In this document: piece by piece, positions 20,226 through 31,011 of the stretch | How the letters are laid out: each line of letters begins with the position of its first letter | Position numbering within the stretch: position 1 is the stretch's first letter | DNA from: Paramoeba atlantica | Taxonomy: Eukaryota > Protista > Discosea | Direction: 5' to 3' | DNA length: 64,000 nucleotides | NCBI GenBank assembly: GCA_977017575.1 | Contig: CDRNVI010000042.1 | Coordinates: forward strand, 119,756 to 183,755 | Made by a program: the position numbers and the translations under genes | Notes under the pieces: generated by a model | The model's database searches: none | What the model was told of the DNA's origin: nothing | The model's input: the letters and a program-made list of their open reading frames with translations, nothing else

Positions 20226-22451
20226 GTGAATGGAGAGAACATCTTAACCATGCCCACCGAATCATCTCTACCCTCCGAACCCTCGCTCTCTGACATCCTC
20301 CATCCCTACTCCCACCTCGGGGACCCCACCACCTGTTACCTCTGCGAGAGAAAACTTCTACTCTCCGAAGACCCAACGAATCAAACCATTCATCCAACCC
20401 CAGCAGACGACTCGCCTCAGCAATGTAACCGCTGCGGGGGCACCGTGTGTTCCTCTCCGAGTTGTTTCCTGAATAGCGCTTCGAATTGTGCAGCCTGTGA
20501 GGGGCTGTGGCGTGTGGGGTCTCAGACGGCCGTGTCACACAGCCCGACACACATGGACCCCAACCTCGGGGAGACGTTGCAAAAGATTTCGAGTACGAAA
20601 AAAGGGACGAAAGGAGGTGTAGGAAAACACCAGCCTGGAACTCAAAACGAGTTCTCTTCTCAAAAAGAAGGACAAAGAAAAAGGGCGCATGGTGTGAGTA
20701 GAGCTATGGATCACGACTCGTTTCGCCCGTTTTATGGTGTGGACGCGCTGCGAGGATCCACTCTCGACGACGAGAGCGACCAGGAAGAAGATTTTGTATT
20801 GTGCGGGAAGTCCCGGTGGAGCAGCGGTCGACGTGATAGGTTTGATGAAACCAATCCGTATTTTGAAATGTTGCGAAATACTGCATATGGGGACCGTTTA
20901 CCGGAGTTATGTCCTTTCGTGACTCCAGACCCGCATAGTGTTCACAGCACGTTCTGTCCCTCAAGGAGTCTTTTGCTGCGTATTGGAGCATATGCTGCTG
21001 GCCTGTCCAACACAAACATGATGCCTGTACCTTCGTCCGGTGAACATGAAACCTTTGAGGGTGCGAAAGCTAAAGACCCCAACAATGAAGAGGATATTCT
21101 CACTGGATTTTGCAAAACTGTCCAAACCCAAGGTGTTGCGATGACTGAGGAGCGACCATCACCTCATCAAGATGGGAGGATTCTCTTGGCCAGTGATAGT
21201 GTAGGAGTAGGATCCAGTGCCAAGTTATTTACACTAATTGCCCGAGAATCCGTTTCTTCCTTCATACTAGCGGCGCATCCTTCTCGAAGACATTTTTATA
21301 TTTGTCCTGATCCGTACCTTCCTTGTGATATAGCACTTGACATTGATAAGGCTGTGCACATTCCCCGCACACTTGAGAAAATAAAAAAGAACGGAGTTTT
21401 ACTGCTGGATCGTATTATTAGAGCGATTGAAACACATTTGGATGAACAATGGAACGCACGGGTAAGCTCCATAGTAATTTTAACAGGTTGTCGTTCTGAA
21501 AAAATTAGTTTCCATCTTCACATTCGCTTGCAAGATCAAAAAGCGTTTCGTAATCTCGAGGCTGCGCAACACTTTATCTCTCATCTAAAGCTTCATCCGA
21601 GATCTATCGCCACTGAAGAAGATTTGAATTGCATTGACATTTCTCTGTTTCGCAAATGGCATGCGCTTCGATTGCCCTACTGCAGTAAGAAGGAAAACAG
21701 CCCGAAGGTATACATGCACGGTGAGGCAAGATCCGATGCCCTTCGTTTCATGGGGACATCTGAAATCAATTTATTGCTGCAGAATGAAACGAGTCAGACA
21801 CAACTTCCCTGGACCAAATTATTGGAAGGTGATTCCGAAGAGGCTTTCGAGCACACACTCATTACACGAGATCCATCGAAGGAGTATTCCTTCCTATCAA
21901 AACTTCCTGCTGAGCCCGACACCAATGAAATAGCACTCATTTCTAATCCTCCGGCCATCACCCCGGTCTACTGGGAATGGTTCGTAGATATTCCTCCCGG
22001 GTCTAGAACCTATCGATTGCTCTTGACGCACATCAGAGGTCTGCATGAGGCAATGCAAGCGATACGGACTCCTAGTATTCGATTCAACATAGGGAATCCC
22101 TATTGCTACCGCATAAAGCAGCGAAACACGAAATATTGCCTGTACCTCAACCGTACGCACAGAACAACATACGGAGAATTTCATATTTTTTACAACGACG
22201 TCTACTTCAAGTGTTGGAGTAACGATTGTGGTGATACAGCTATGAAATCGTTCGGAGCACTTCCCGAGGAGATGCGATCCGTTGTGTTTCCAGAAGTCCC
22301 TTTGGACGACGCGAGAAGACTAGCTTGGCCAGAAGAAGCACAAGGTGAATCAATGAAGGATAGCAAAGAAAGCAGCACAACCAAACAACACGCTATTACT
22401 TCTGAGGATCAAGTCGCCGAAGAACAATCTCACCGGGTTATCTCAGAATAG
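20226..22451 (+). CDS. PrimPol-like (AEP superfamily) primase-polymerase with an extra N-terminal Cys-rich finger; first ATG at 20250
   Basis: Motif I (ALDID), motif II (KISFHLH), DISLFRKWHALRLPYCSK, and C-terminal UL52-type C-H-C-C finger (YCLYLNRTH...FKCWSNDC). Confidence 0.82.
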   Translation: MNGENILTMPTESSLPSEPSLSDILHPYSHLGDPTTCYLCERKLLLSEDPTNQTIHPTPADDSPQQCNRCGGTVCSSPSCFLNSASNCAACEGLWRVGSQTAVSHSPTHMDPNLGETLQKISSTKKGTKGGVGKHQPGTQNEFSSQKEGQRKRAHGVSRAMDHDSFRPFYGVDALRGSTLDDESDQEEDFVLCGKSRWSSGRRDRFDETNPYFEMLRNTAYGDRLPELCPFVTPDPHSVHSTFCPSRSLLLRIGAYAAGLSNTNMMPVPSSGEHETFEGAKAKDPNNEEDILTGFCKTVQTQGVAMTEERPSPHQDGRILLASDSVGVGSSAKLFTLIARESVSSFILAAHPSRRHFYICPDPYLPCDIALDIDKAVHIPRTLEKIKKNGVLLLDRIIRAIETHLDEQWNARVSSIVILTGCRSEKISFHLHIRLQDQKAFRNLEAAQHFISHLKLHPRSIATEEDLNCIDISLFRKWHALRLPYCSKKENSPKVYMHGEARSDALRFMGTSEINLLLQNETSQTQLPWTKLLEGDSEEAFEHTLITRDPSKEYSFLSKLPAEPDTNEIALISNPPAITPVYWEWFVDIPPGSRTYRLLLTHIRGLHEAMQAIRTPSIRFNIGNPYCYRIKQRNTKYCLYLNRTHRTTYGEFHIFYNDVYFKCWSNDCGDTAMKSFGALPEEMRSVVFPEVPLDDARRLAWPEEAQGESMKDSKESSTTKQHAITSEDQVAEEQSHRVISE

Positions 22452-22658
22452 TATGAAATGATAAGTTTTGCAACGTGTAATTTGTAGTGTTTTAAGACTT
22501 TGTACGAACAAAGAAAGTGATACTGTCCGCGCCTTCAAGCTCATATTTAGTTTGTTGACTTCAGTCACCATTCTGTTATTCTACCTGTATTGCCCTGTAT
22601 AGATAAAATAAAATACTATGCCTATAAAGAGGGATATTGCTAACTTTAAGAAAAACTC

Positions 22659-22886
22659 ATGAACCCCTCACACACACCTAGCTCTTCTGCAGAAGTACTG
22701 CTGAGCTTACGAAAGATACGATCTGCTTTGCAGCAAGATTCAGATGCGGCGAATCAAGCTCAGCAGGAGTGCATTTCTCTGCGAAATGAGAACGAAGAGT
22801 TGCGTAGAAAGATGGGCAAATTGGAATATCGAATCAAACATTTGCTACGTGAACTCGAAACGCCTTGTGCAGTTAGTCAGAGTTAA
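22659..22886 (+). CDS. Small coiled-coil protein (ENEEL...KLEYRIKHL, like the AIMP1/ArgRS leucine zipper)
   Basis: 75-aa ATG ORF on the cluster strand with heptad pattern. Confidence 0.6.
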   Translation: MNPSHTPSSSAEVLLSLRKIRSALQQDSDAANQAQQECISLRNENEELRRKMGKLEYRIKHLLRELETPCAVSQS

Positions 22887-23187
22887 TAGTGACTTCGCGT
22901 TGCTCAGCCATTAGCTGAGTGTAAATTCCTCGAAATTTGGCAGAAGCCAGGCAGAGTCTTGCTTCTTCCGGAGGTTTTCTTAATGTCTTTGTGGAATTGC
23001 CCACTGCATTTCCTTTTCATTTTTCGAAATATGGTTATCTGACAGAAAATGTTCTCCATTTGTTCCAAATGTTCTCCATTTGTTGGACTATGTAGTGAGT
23101 AGACGCATTGTCATAAATATTATTCTTTCAAATCATAGCGATAATTTATACACCTTACAATACAGTTTCTTTTAAGCACTCGCTTGT

Positions 23188-24981
23188 ATGTCATACGATT
23201 ACCAGCCGGGGCCAGACCGAATGGCCGATTTAGGTTCCAATCTGACCGAAGTTGATTGGGACGAGGTTAAAACCGGATATACCCTCCCTAAGGACCCACT
23301 TACTTCCGCGACGTTGGAGCGTTCCCCCGCAGAGATACGTCAATGGCGTGAAGAAAAGAACATTACTATCGTAGAAGGTGCAAAAGACTGCGCTCCCCCC
23401 ATTCTGACCTACGACGAGTGCCAGAGCTATCTCCCTCCCTTCATTAAGAGCAGTTTTCGGCAGCAGAATTTCCAAGCCCCCACACCTATTCAGGCACAGT
23501 CTTGGTCTGTTGCGCTACGTAATCAGGATATGGTCGGGATTGCGAAAACAGGAAGTGGGAAAACTCTCGCGTTTGTTGTCCCTGGTATATTGCATGTCAT
23601 GGCACAAGCCCCAATCCAACGCTATGATGGCCCTATCATGCTTGTACTCGCTCCTACCCGAGAACTTGCGCGTCAAATTGAAGATGAGACATTGAAAGTA
23701 ATTCGCGGCTCCCAGATTCGCACCGTTTGTCTGTATGGGGGGACACCCAAGTTCCACAACCGTCAGCGTCTGATGGAAGGAGTGCACATTGCGATTGCGT
23801 GTCCCGGTCGCTTGATTGATCTTCTAGGGATGAAGGTCACAAATTTGTACCGCGTCAGTTACCTTGTCATGGATGAAGCCGATCGCATGCTTGATATGGG
23901 ATTTGAACCCCAAATTCGTATGATCTGCTCGCAACTTCCGGAAAAGCGTCAGACTCTTATGTTCAGCGCAACATGGCCTCAAGAAGTACAGGACTTGGCA
24001 CATTCCTTTCAGCGCAACTACATTCGTATTCATGTCGGATCCCTTGATCTTATGGCGAACGCCGACGTCAAGCAACACATCATGGTCGTCCAGGACTACG
24101 AAAAATCACAAAAACTCGGAGAGCTGGTGCAAAAGCCTGGACTAAGTAAAATCCTCGTGTTCGTCGCCACCAAGCGGGATGTGGATGTCGTGTGTGACCA
24201 GATACGTGGTATGAACATATGGGCACTCGCCATTCACGGGGACAAGACTCAGATGCAGCGAGACAGTGCAATCAACCAATTCCGACGTGCTCCAAAAGGT
24301 TGCCTGGTGGCGACTGATGTAGCCCAACGCGGCTTGGACATTCGCGATCTCGACGCTGTAATTAACTACGATTTTCCTATGGGTATCGAGGACTACGTCC
24401 ACCGCATTGGTCGCACCGGACGTGCTGGTGCCAAAGGACATGCCTTCTCCTTCATCAACACCGCCCACGCAAAGCTGGTCCCGGAGTTAATGAAACTGCT
24501 ACGCAAAGCGAACGAGGAGATCTCCGCGGACCTCCAAGAGTTGAACCAGCACTTTGCGGAAGGGCGCTCTTTACGTAGTCGGTACGGACGTAACGCCACG
24601 ACGTGGAAGCCACGCCCTCGAAACGCTCCCGCGTTTTCCATGGGATACAATAACAGTGCCTCTCGTCGTCCCCCACCCCCGAGTGGGCCCTCCGGGGGTT
24701 ATGACTCCCGCAGCTACGGATCTGCACCTCCTCCGCCTTCGTCTGGTTCCTATGGCAGTTCATCCCGCAGTGCGCCGTATCCCTCATATGGGGAAGAACC
24801 CCGTAAACGAGACCGCAGCCCTCGACGAGACTATGATCGGGATTATGGACGCGATTACAACCGGGACTATAACCGGGACTATGAGCGACGTTATGAACGA
24901 GATCCCCACGGTAACTCCTACCGTGAGGAACCCCGCTCCCGGGATTACGGAGACCGATCGCGTGAGTATTCTAGATACTAA
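23188..24981 (+). CDS. DBP2: DEAD-box RNA helicase, DBP2/p68 type
   Basis: Q motif PTPIQAQSW, AKTGSGKT, PTRELA, DEADRMLDMGFEPQIR, SAT and HRIGRTGRAG; R/D/Y-rich tail with 12-bp RDYx repeats at ~24826-24890. Confidence 0.92.
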   Translation: MSYDYQPGPDRMADLGSNLTEVDWDEVKTGYTLPKDPLTSATLERSPAEIRQWREEKNITIVEGAKDCAPPILTYDECQSYLPPFIKSSFRQQNFQAPTPIQAQSWSVALRNQDMVGIAKTGSGKTLAFVVPGILHVMAQAPIQRYDGPIMLVLAPTRELARQIEDETLKVIRGSQIRTVCLYGGTPKFHNRQRLMEGVHIAIACPGRLIDLLGMKVTNLYRVSYLVMDEADRMLDMGFEPQIRMICSQLPEKRQTLMFSATWPQEVQDLAHSFQRNYIRIHVGSLDLMANADVKQHIMVVQDYEKSQKLGELVQKPGLSKILVFVATKRDVDVVCDQIRGMNIWALAIHGDKTQMQRDSAINQFRRAPKGCLVATDVAQRGLDIRDLDAVINYDFPMGIEDYVHRIGRTGRAGAKGHAFSFINTAHAKLVPELMKLLRKANEEISADLQELNQHFAEGRSLRSRYGRNATTWKPRPRNAPAFSMGYNNSASRRPPPPSGPSGGYDSRSYGSAPPPPSSGSYGSSSRSAPYPSYGEEPRKRDRSPRRDYDRDYGRDYNRDYNRDYERRYERDPHGNSYREEPRSRDYGDRSREYSRY

Positions 24982-25754
24982 ATCGTCGGGGAGAATCACT
25001 GAAACGACCAGGAAGCAACACAAGTGCACAACGACTAATTAAGCGAAAATTCTATCCATAAAAAACTGGTCTTCAAATTTTGTCAGAATATATTCAGTCT
25101 GGGCGATCAAAAAGATCAAAAAATGCATGCATTCAGTCAAATTCACATTATGTTTTGAACATTTTATTGAACGGATACCAAGTTTCTATTTTTTATATGA
25201 TTAGCATATTATTTTTCTTAATTATTTCCATCATGCTTGATAGGAGCATGTACGGATGGCTCCAAATAGACAATCGGGCGCATAGCTCACGGTCGTTCTC
25301 TCCACTCTGCCACCCCGCTGAGAAATCGAACGTAGTCTTTCGAGAATCTACGATAATCAGCGGAATATGTGGTAGATCGAGAGACGAGTCTGTGGGCATT
25401 CCTATCATTGCGCGATTACCTGTTGTCCTATTTTATTAATACGAATCTTTACCTATGTACCTTCCGAATATTTCTATTATTATGACCACGATAACTTTAT
25501 TATTCGGACAACTTTAATACGCTGGCACTTTCTATTTTACTTACATTTTGCATTTGCTTATTGTCCCTAAATTTAGGATAAATTCTGCTGAAAGTATAAT
25601 AATTTTTGAACGTTGATTATTCGTAAGACTTTTGAGCACTTTAAAAATTGTCATGGTCCCGTATTCTGTTACAGAGTACTACTGTTACAGAGTGATTCAA
25701 ATAATTCCAGATTGATTAATTTTCCCAGTTTCTTAAGCTCTTATCAGCATATCT

Positions 25755-27626
25755 TTGAGAATGAACCATCAGGAACGAAACGTCTCCAAACAAAGAAGAA
25801 AGTCCATTAAGGAAGACATAAAATTCGGCAGTACACAGGGATGGGGACTTCATAATCTGCACCCTGCTATATTGCACGCACTTCAGACACAGAAGTGGTT
25901 AGAACCTACTTTGATACAGCAGGCTGCGCTACCTATTCTAATAAAAGGAGGGGATGCCATGATACACGCTCGAACAGGAAGTGGTAAGACGGCTGCGTTT
26001 ATAATTCCATTGCTTCAGAGGTGTATGGCACAACGAATGAATGCTCGTTCCTTGGCCTATTCCGAGTCTGAAGCCAGCTGCGCGTTTCAGTTTGTCATTG
26101 TGGTCCCCACAACAGAACTCGTACTTCAAACAATTCGAGTACTACAAAAGCTTTGCTGTCATCTGCCTCATTATCTGAATACCAGTCGAGACTTTGGCGC
26201 GTCATCTAATGACGTACGAACTAGTGCTCCGAATTTGACATCAGATGCGATACAAATATTAGAAATTAGTACCACCGGGGTTGCTTCTCTTTTTTCTCCG
26301 GGGAGACAGTACGACTTTGTCGTCTCCACTCCTGCGGTGCTGCACTCTTACCTTCGAAAAGAACCATCCTGTGTAAGAGCATTCCGCAAGGCCTCTTATG
26401 TTGTTCTCGATGAAGCGGACGCCATTACGTCGCTCGGAAGCATGAAAGCGTTACGGCAATACTATCCTGTGGCGTGTCACACAGTACTTGTCTGTGCAAG
26501 CATGTCCCCTGCGACAATTCGCATAAAAAAACTTTACTTACGAAAGCCTTTCTTAGTTTCTCTGGAAGAGGAGGATCCCACCGAGACATTGAGCACGCAG
26601 CCATCAAATAAAGAGGAGTCTGCGGCGAATCTCACCAACACCGATTCAACCGTGGTCGAGCAACACGGTCACGTGGAGGAGTACTACATACCCGCGACGA
26701 CCATGGAGGACCGTCTTGTGTGGCTGTACGCCATACTACGTAACCTCGCTTCGCACCGGCAGCCTCAAAAAGTGTTGATTTTCGTCCGGACCACTGCCGT
26801 CGCCTACCGCACCAAACTCTTTCTCGAGGGGTTTCGTATCCAGTCCTTTGTGCTCCACGGTACCGTCCCCGTGGAGTGCCGGGAGCACATTCTACAAATT
26901 TTCAACCACTCCCCATCGGGCCAGCTTATTGTCGTGGACCAGGACGTCCATGAGGAGAGAATGGGTGAGAGCCTCCCCGGGTCGCCCTCTCCAAGTCTCA
27001 CCCTTCACCGGGGGATTGATTTCGTGAACGTCTCGCATGTCGTGATGCTCGACACGACAATCTCAACAGAGCCTCGGGCACTGCTGGCTTACACGCACCG
27101 ACTCGGGCGTACGGGTCGGGCGGGGCGTCACGGCGTCTCGTTGCTGTTTCTCGCGGAGAATGAGGTAGAAAGCTGTTTGCCGCGATACAGTGAGGAAGCC
27201 CTACGTCGTGGGACATCCCCGCTGGTCCCGTACCTCTGCGTCGGGCCCGCGGATGTCACCCCACTACGTTACCGCTGCGAGGACGTGCTGGCACGGATTA
27301 CACGGAAACGAGTGCGTCAGGCACTGGTCCAGGACGTGGCTTTGGAGATCTTAAATTGCGACAAACTGCAAACCCACTTAAGGTCGAATACACAAGATGA
27401 GGAGACACTGCGTCATATTGCGGAGCCGATTGCGGAGGTTACGAGGGGGTCGCAGTCACTGGGGTGTGTCCCAACCTACCTGAATGCACGGGGCAAGTTC
27501 TCTGAGACTATACCGGTGCTTCCGGCGGTAGGGGACGCCACGTCCACAGGTTTTAAGGCCAAACGGAAGAAGCGATCATCTGTTGGTAAGGATCCGATTG
27601 AACTGGTCCGAAGGAAGTTCAAGTGA
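25755..27626 (+). CDS. DBP9: DEAD-box RNA helicase, DBP9/DDX56 type; first ATG at 25761
   Basis: ARTGSGKT, DEAD, RGIDF and HRLGRTGRAG; DBP9-specific tail LRYRCEDVL...EILNCDKL. Confidence 0.82.
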   Translation: MRMNHQERNVSKQRRKSIKEDIKFGSTQGWGLHNLHPAILHALQTQKWLEPTLIQQAALPILIKGGDAMIHARTGSGKTAAFIIPLLQRCMAQRMNARSLAYSESEASCAFQFVIVVPTTELVLQTIRVLQKLCCHLPHYLNTSRDFGASSNDVRTSAPNLTSDAIQILEISTTGVASLFSPGRQYDFVVSTPAVLHSYLRKEPSCVRAFRKASYVVLDEADAITSLGSMKALRQYYPVACHTVLVCASMSPATIRIKKLYLRKPFLVSLEEEDPTETLSTQPSNKEESAANLTNTDSTVVEQHGHVEEYYIPATTMEDRLVWLYAILRNLASHRQPQKVLIFVRTTAVAYRTKLFLEGFRIQSFVLHGTVPVECREHILQIFNHSPSGQLIVVDQDVHEERMGESLPGSPSPSLTLHRGIDFVNVSHVVMLDTTISTEPRALLAYTHRLGRTGRAGRHGVSLLFLAENEVESCLPRYSEEALRRGTSPLVPYLCVGPADVTPLRYRCEDVLARITRKRVRQALVQDVALEILNCDKLQTHLRSNTQDEETLRHIAEPIAEVTRGSQSLGCVPTYLNARGKFSETIPVLPAVGDATSTGFKAKRKKRSSVGKDPIELVRRKFK

Positions 27627-28016
27627 TGATTAAAAAGCAGTACACTTTTTGTGCTAAAAGTAGTACAGCTTTTTGACAGTTATTTCTTCGTTATAACGTT
27701 ACAGTAGTTATTGAATTTAGAGGATTTGTTATGCTACACCATTGAACAACTGTCCAGCATGTTTTTTTTGTAGTGTAGTACGACTAATCGAACAAATTGT
27801 TCCACATTATTGAACAAAGAAGAGACTAGTTTTCTGACGTACTTGTCAATCTGTGTATGAATAAAGCTATAGAATATGGTGCAGCATGGCATGCACTACG
27901 CTAGTAGTAGCATAGTCGACTTCTGTGGAGAGCAGATTAGATGTTCTCGAATATTCACAGAGTAGCTTAATTTCCCGATCATCCATTCCGCTAGTATCGT
28001 CCAGTCCACGTAGGAA

Positions 28017-29492
28017 ATGTCGAATTGGAGATTAGCCGTTGCGGAACATATTCGGAACACGTTGATGTCTCCAGAACGGTATATCCTGCTTACTCAGAGA
28101 CGTAGGCAATTTGCAAAACAGTTCCTCACGGACTGGACGCACAACAAAGTAAAGAATCCTCAACTGTATTTGTACGGCTCGACTCTGTCCTGCACGGCCT
28201 TGAGTAACGGTGACGTGGACTACGCGATTAGTCCCTGTGATGACTTGAAGCAGATTGATCGCGCCGAGCAAGCGGATTTGCTGACAAATTTGTACCACCA
28301 CTTAACGCCAAAGAGCGAAAACAGAGGGAACTTGGTTGTTGAGACACGTGTAGCGGAATCAAGCTGTCACATGAAGGGTTCAAGTGAATCATTAGGAAGT
28401 TCAAGTGTAAATAATTCGATCGAATCGGATCGAGGATGCGACACGGATACCCAGCACATTCAACTACAAGATACATTGGCAGGGACTGAGAATTGTCAAC
28501 GAGAATACCTACCGCTAGAATGCATGCATCGGATATTTTGTGCACGTGTCCCTGTCCTGCAGTACACCCCGAATCCACTAAAAGGTTTACCAGCGGACAG
28601 CTCGGCTGTTGACAAGCAGAGTAAGCTGCTCCCCTACGATTTCGATTTAACCCTTTCACTTTATGGGGTAAAGAACTCTCTGTTGTTGCGAGAGTACGTA
28701 CGACGCTTCCCTATTGTGCGCCCACTGCTTCTGCTCGTTAAACTTTGGGGGCACACACAAAATATTATTGACTCCAGAAATGGATGGTTCAGTAGTTATG
28801 CGCTCACGTTGATGATGATTGAGTTTCTGCAGCTTTCGAACCGAATTGCGGTGATCAATCCCAGGAACGTTCGAATCCAACCCGATCCTTCAAAATACGA
28901 CGACTGGATAGAATTTCAGGATAATCACGTGCCTAACGACATCCGGCTCATTCTACAAGAGTTCTTCCAATATTACGCCAATCAGTTTGACTTTGATGAA
29001 CACGTTGTGGATGTTAGCGGAGTGGACCTCGAGCAAAACCTTGAGGTTGGCCCCAGTGACCCTCAATGTGAAAATAGGGTCGGCAAGAAGAGCATAGAAA
29101 ACAGTAGCACGGATGTTATAGCGTGGAGAGTGACCCCAGAAGGGATCATACTTCACGACAGTGTCGATGGGAACATTTATGCTCCAAAACGAAAAGAACG
29201 AAGGGCAGGAGTCTTGGAGCCGTACTTTACAGCCGAAGAAGAAAAATCCTTAACGGACGAGGAAAAATGGCATCGAGTAGGTCACGCACGAATCCAAATT
29301 CGGGATCCTTATGAAGCCCACTCACTCGGCCGCTCCGTAGAATTTTTCAAGGCAGAGGCTTTTCGGGAACTCTTGGAACAGAGCATTGAATTGACCAGCG
29401 AACGCAAGGAATTTACAGATTTTGTTACTTCTCGATGTTTGATTCCGAAGACACTTCTAAGGAGCAATAGAAGGACGGGCATAATATTTTAA
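28017..29492 (+). CDS. Terminal uridylyltransferase (kinetoplastid TUT3/TUT4-like)
   Basis: LYGS...GDVDY, ARVPV, DFDLT...GVKNSLLLREY, SSYALTLM and IRDPYE motifs of the Cid1/TUTase fold. Confidence 0.85.
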   Translation: MSNWRLAVAEHIRNTLMSPERYILLTQRRRQFAKQFLTDWTHNKVKNPQLYLYGSTLSCTALSNGDVDYAISPCDDLKQIDRAEQADLLTNLYHHLTPKSENRGNLVVETRVAESSCHMKGSSESLGSSSVNNSIESDRGCDTDTQHIQLQDTLAGTENCQREYLPLECMHRIFCARVPVLQYTPNPLKGLPADSSAVDKQSKLLPYDFDLTLSLYGVKNSLLLREYVRRFPIVRPLLLLVKLWGHTQNIIDSRNGWFSSYALTLMMIEFLQLSNRIAVINPRNVRIQPDPSKYDDWIEFQDNHVPNDIRLILQEFFQYYANQFDFDEHVVDVSGVDLEQNLEVGPSDPQCENRVGKKSIENSSTDVIAWRVTPEGIILHDSVDGNIYAPKRKERRAGVLEPYFTAEEEKSLTDEEKWHRVGHARIQIRDPYEAHSLGRSVEFFKAEAFRELLEQSIELTSERKEFTDFVTSRCLIPKTLLRSNRRTGIIF

Positions 29493-29639
29493 CCTTTGGT
29501 TTGTTAAATACGGTTATAAAAAATGTACAGTATTAAAAAAATACGATTTTTTTAGTTTGCTCCATTATAAAAATTTTCTCCCTCATAATTGCTTACATCG
29601 TATCTGTTTGAGAAGTTCGCCTTAGATAAGTGACCAACA

Positions 29640-30539
29640 GTGATGAATATAACTCGTACCAACAATGCCATGTTCACGCCGCACAAGACCAATCGTATTG
29701 TATTTCCTCCGTTACTCCAAATGATGCAATTTACTTCGATGATTCGCGTGCGACATGAAAGCTGGAGTATGAAAACAACACCCTGTTCTTGGAAAGGCGT
29801 CCTTTGTGATTCAACCGAAAAAATCGCTCACATACAGTGGCGTGACTTCCAGTTGGTTGGTAATGTTTCTTGGAGCTTCATCCCTATGCATACAGTGTCT
29901 ATAATGATTATCGAAAATTCGAATTTATGCGGCTCCTTGACTACATGCGTCTTGCCACGAACATTACTCTCAATTAACCTTATTCGTAACAGTTTTTCGG
30001 GCGATATTGATTCCATAACTTATTCCCCCTCTCTCACTCTTCTAGATTTGCGTCACAACGCTTTTTCAGAAAGCTGTTCATTCGAAACATTGCCACCCTC
30101 CCTGAAGAAACTTCGTGTCGACCACAATGATTTGAGTGGCGAAATTTTCCTTGAAACATTGCCTCGTGAACTCATCACATTCACCGCTTCATCCTGCGGT
30201 TTTCAGCACCTAGGACCTATGCACAGACTTCCACAACATTTGCGTACGCTCGACATTTCTTCTAATGAGCTGAATGGTGTTGTCACCCTTACCGATCTTC
30301 CTGATAGTTTACGGTCGATTCGTCTTCATTCCAATCATCTGATTATCACCCTTCACACCTATGATATGCCAAGAAGACTTCGATTTTTGACTCTCAATGA
30401 TAACGCATTAGTCACCGTCAAGGGAAATTTTTCACAAATTCCTGAAAATTTGGAATGTTTCCATCTTGATTCGAATGCAACCGATGAGAATCCGTCTTGC
30501 CGTCTCCCAGCTCTAAAACCACGTCGCCAAAGTTGCTGA
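29640..30539 (+). CDS. Leucine-rich repeat protein (SWKGVLC cap + LRRs); first ATG at 29643
   Basis: Repeated LPxxLxxLxLxxNxFSG units. Confidence 0.88.
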   Translation: MMNITRTNNAMFTPHKTNRIVFPPLLQMMQFTSMIRVRHESWSMKTTPCSWKGVLCDSTEKIAHIQWRDFQLVGNVSWSFIPMHTVSIMIIENSNLCGSLTTCVLPRTLLSINLIRNSFSGDIDSITYSPSLTLLDLRHNAFSESCSFETLPPSLKKLRVDHNDLSGEIFLETLPRELITFTASSCGFQHLGPMHRLPQHLRTLDISSNELNGVVTLTDLPDSLRSIRLHSNHLIITLHTYDMPRRLRFLTLNDNALVTVKGNFSQIPENLECFHLDSNATDENPSCRLPALKPRRQSC

Positions 30540-31011
30540 GAGGCACTCCTTCCCAATCTTGTCTGGCTCGTACATACACTATGTTTTACTCGTTTTATCG
30601 TTGCCTTCTTTTTTCCCTTCGTTTCGTAGATTAGTTTCTTTCTATCCTATTTTCTTCTTTCCTCTTCCTTTCCTCTTTCCTTTTTGTTTTATATACAGGA
30701 TTTGGTCATTTAATTGTCTTCCTCGTAAATCACGTTGTTCAGTTTTAATGCTAGCCCTAGAACATCGTATAGAAGGCCCTGTAGACTTTCATCTGTAGAC
30801 TCAGAATTATACTTTATCATGTAGGGAGCCAATAGGGCATCTCTTTTTTCACATCGTTTGACTATTGCACGTTTGGAATAAATGAAGATAAGGATTTTGA
30901 GGCGTGCTTTGTAGTGCATACATGTATTATGATTTACAGCGAATTCTTCCAAAGAGGTCCCGATCGAAATTTTATCTACTTTTCCTTTAATCAGTTTGAT
31001 TTTGTAATTCC

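Noticed and set aside
25080-25439. 119-aa TTG-start ORF between DBP2 and DBP9
   Set aside because: AT-rich and compositionally like intergenic DNA, with no motif
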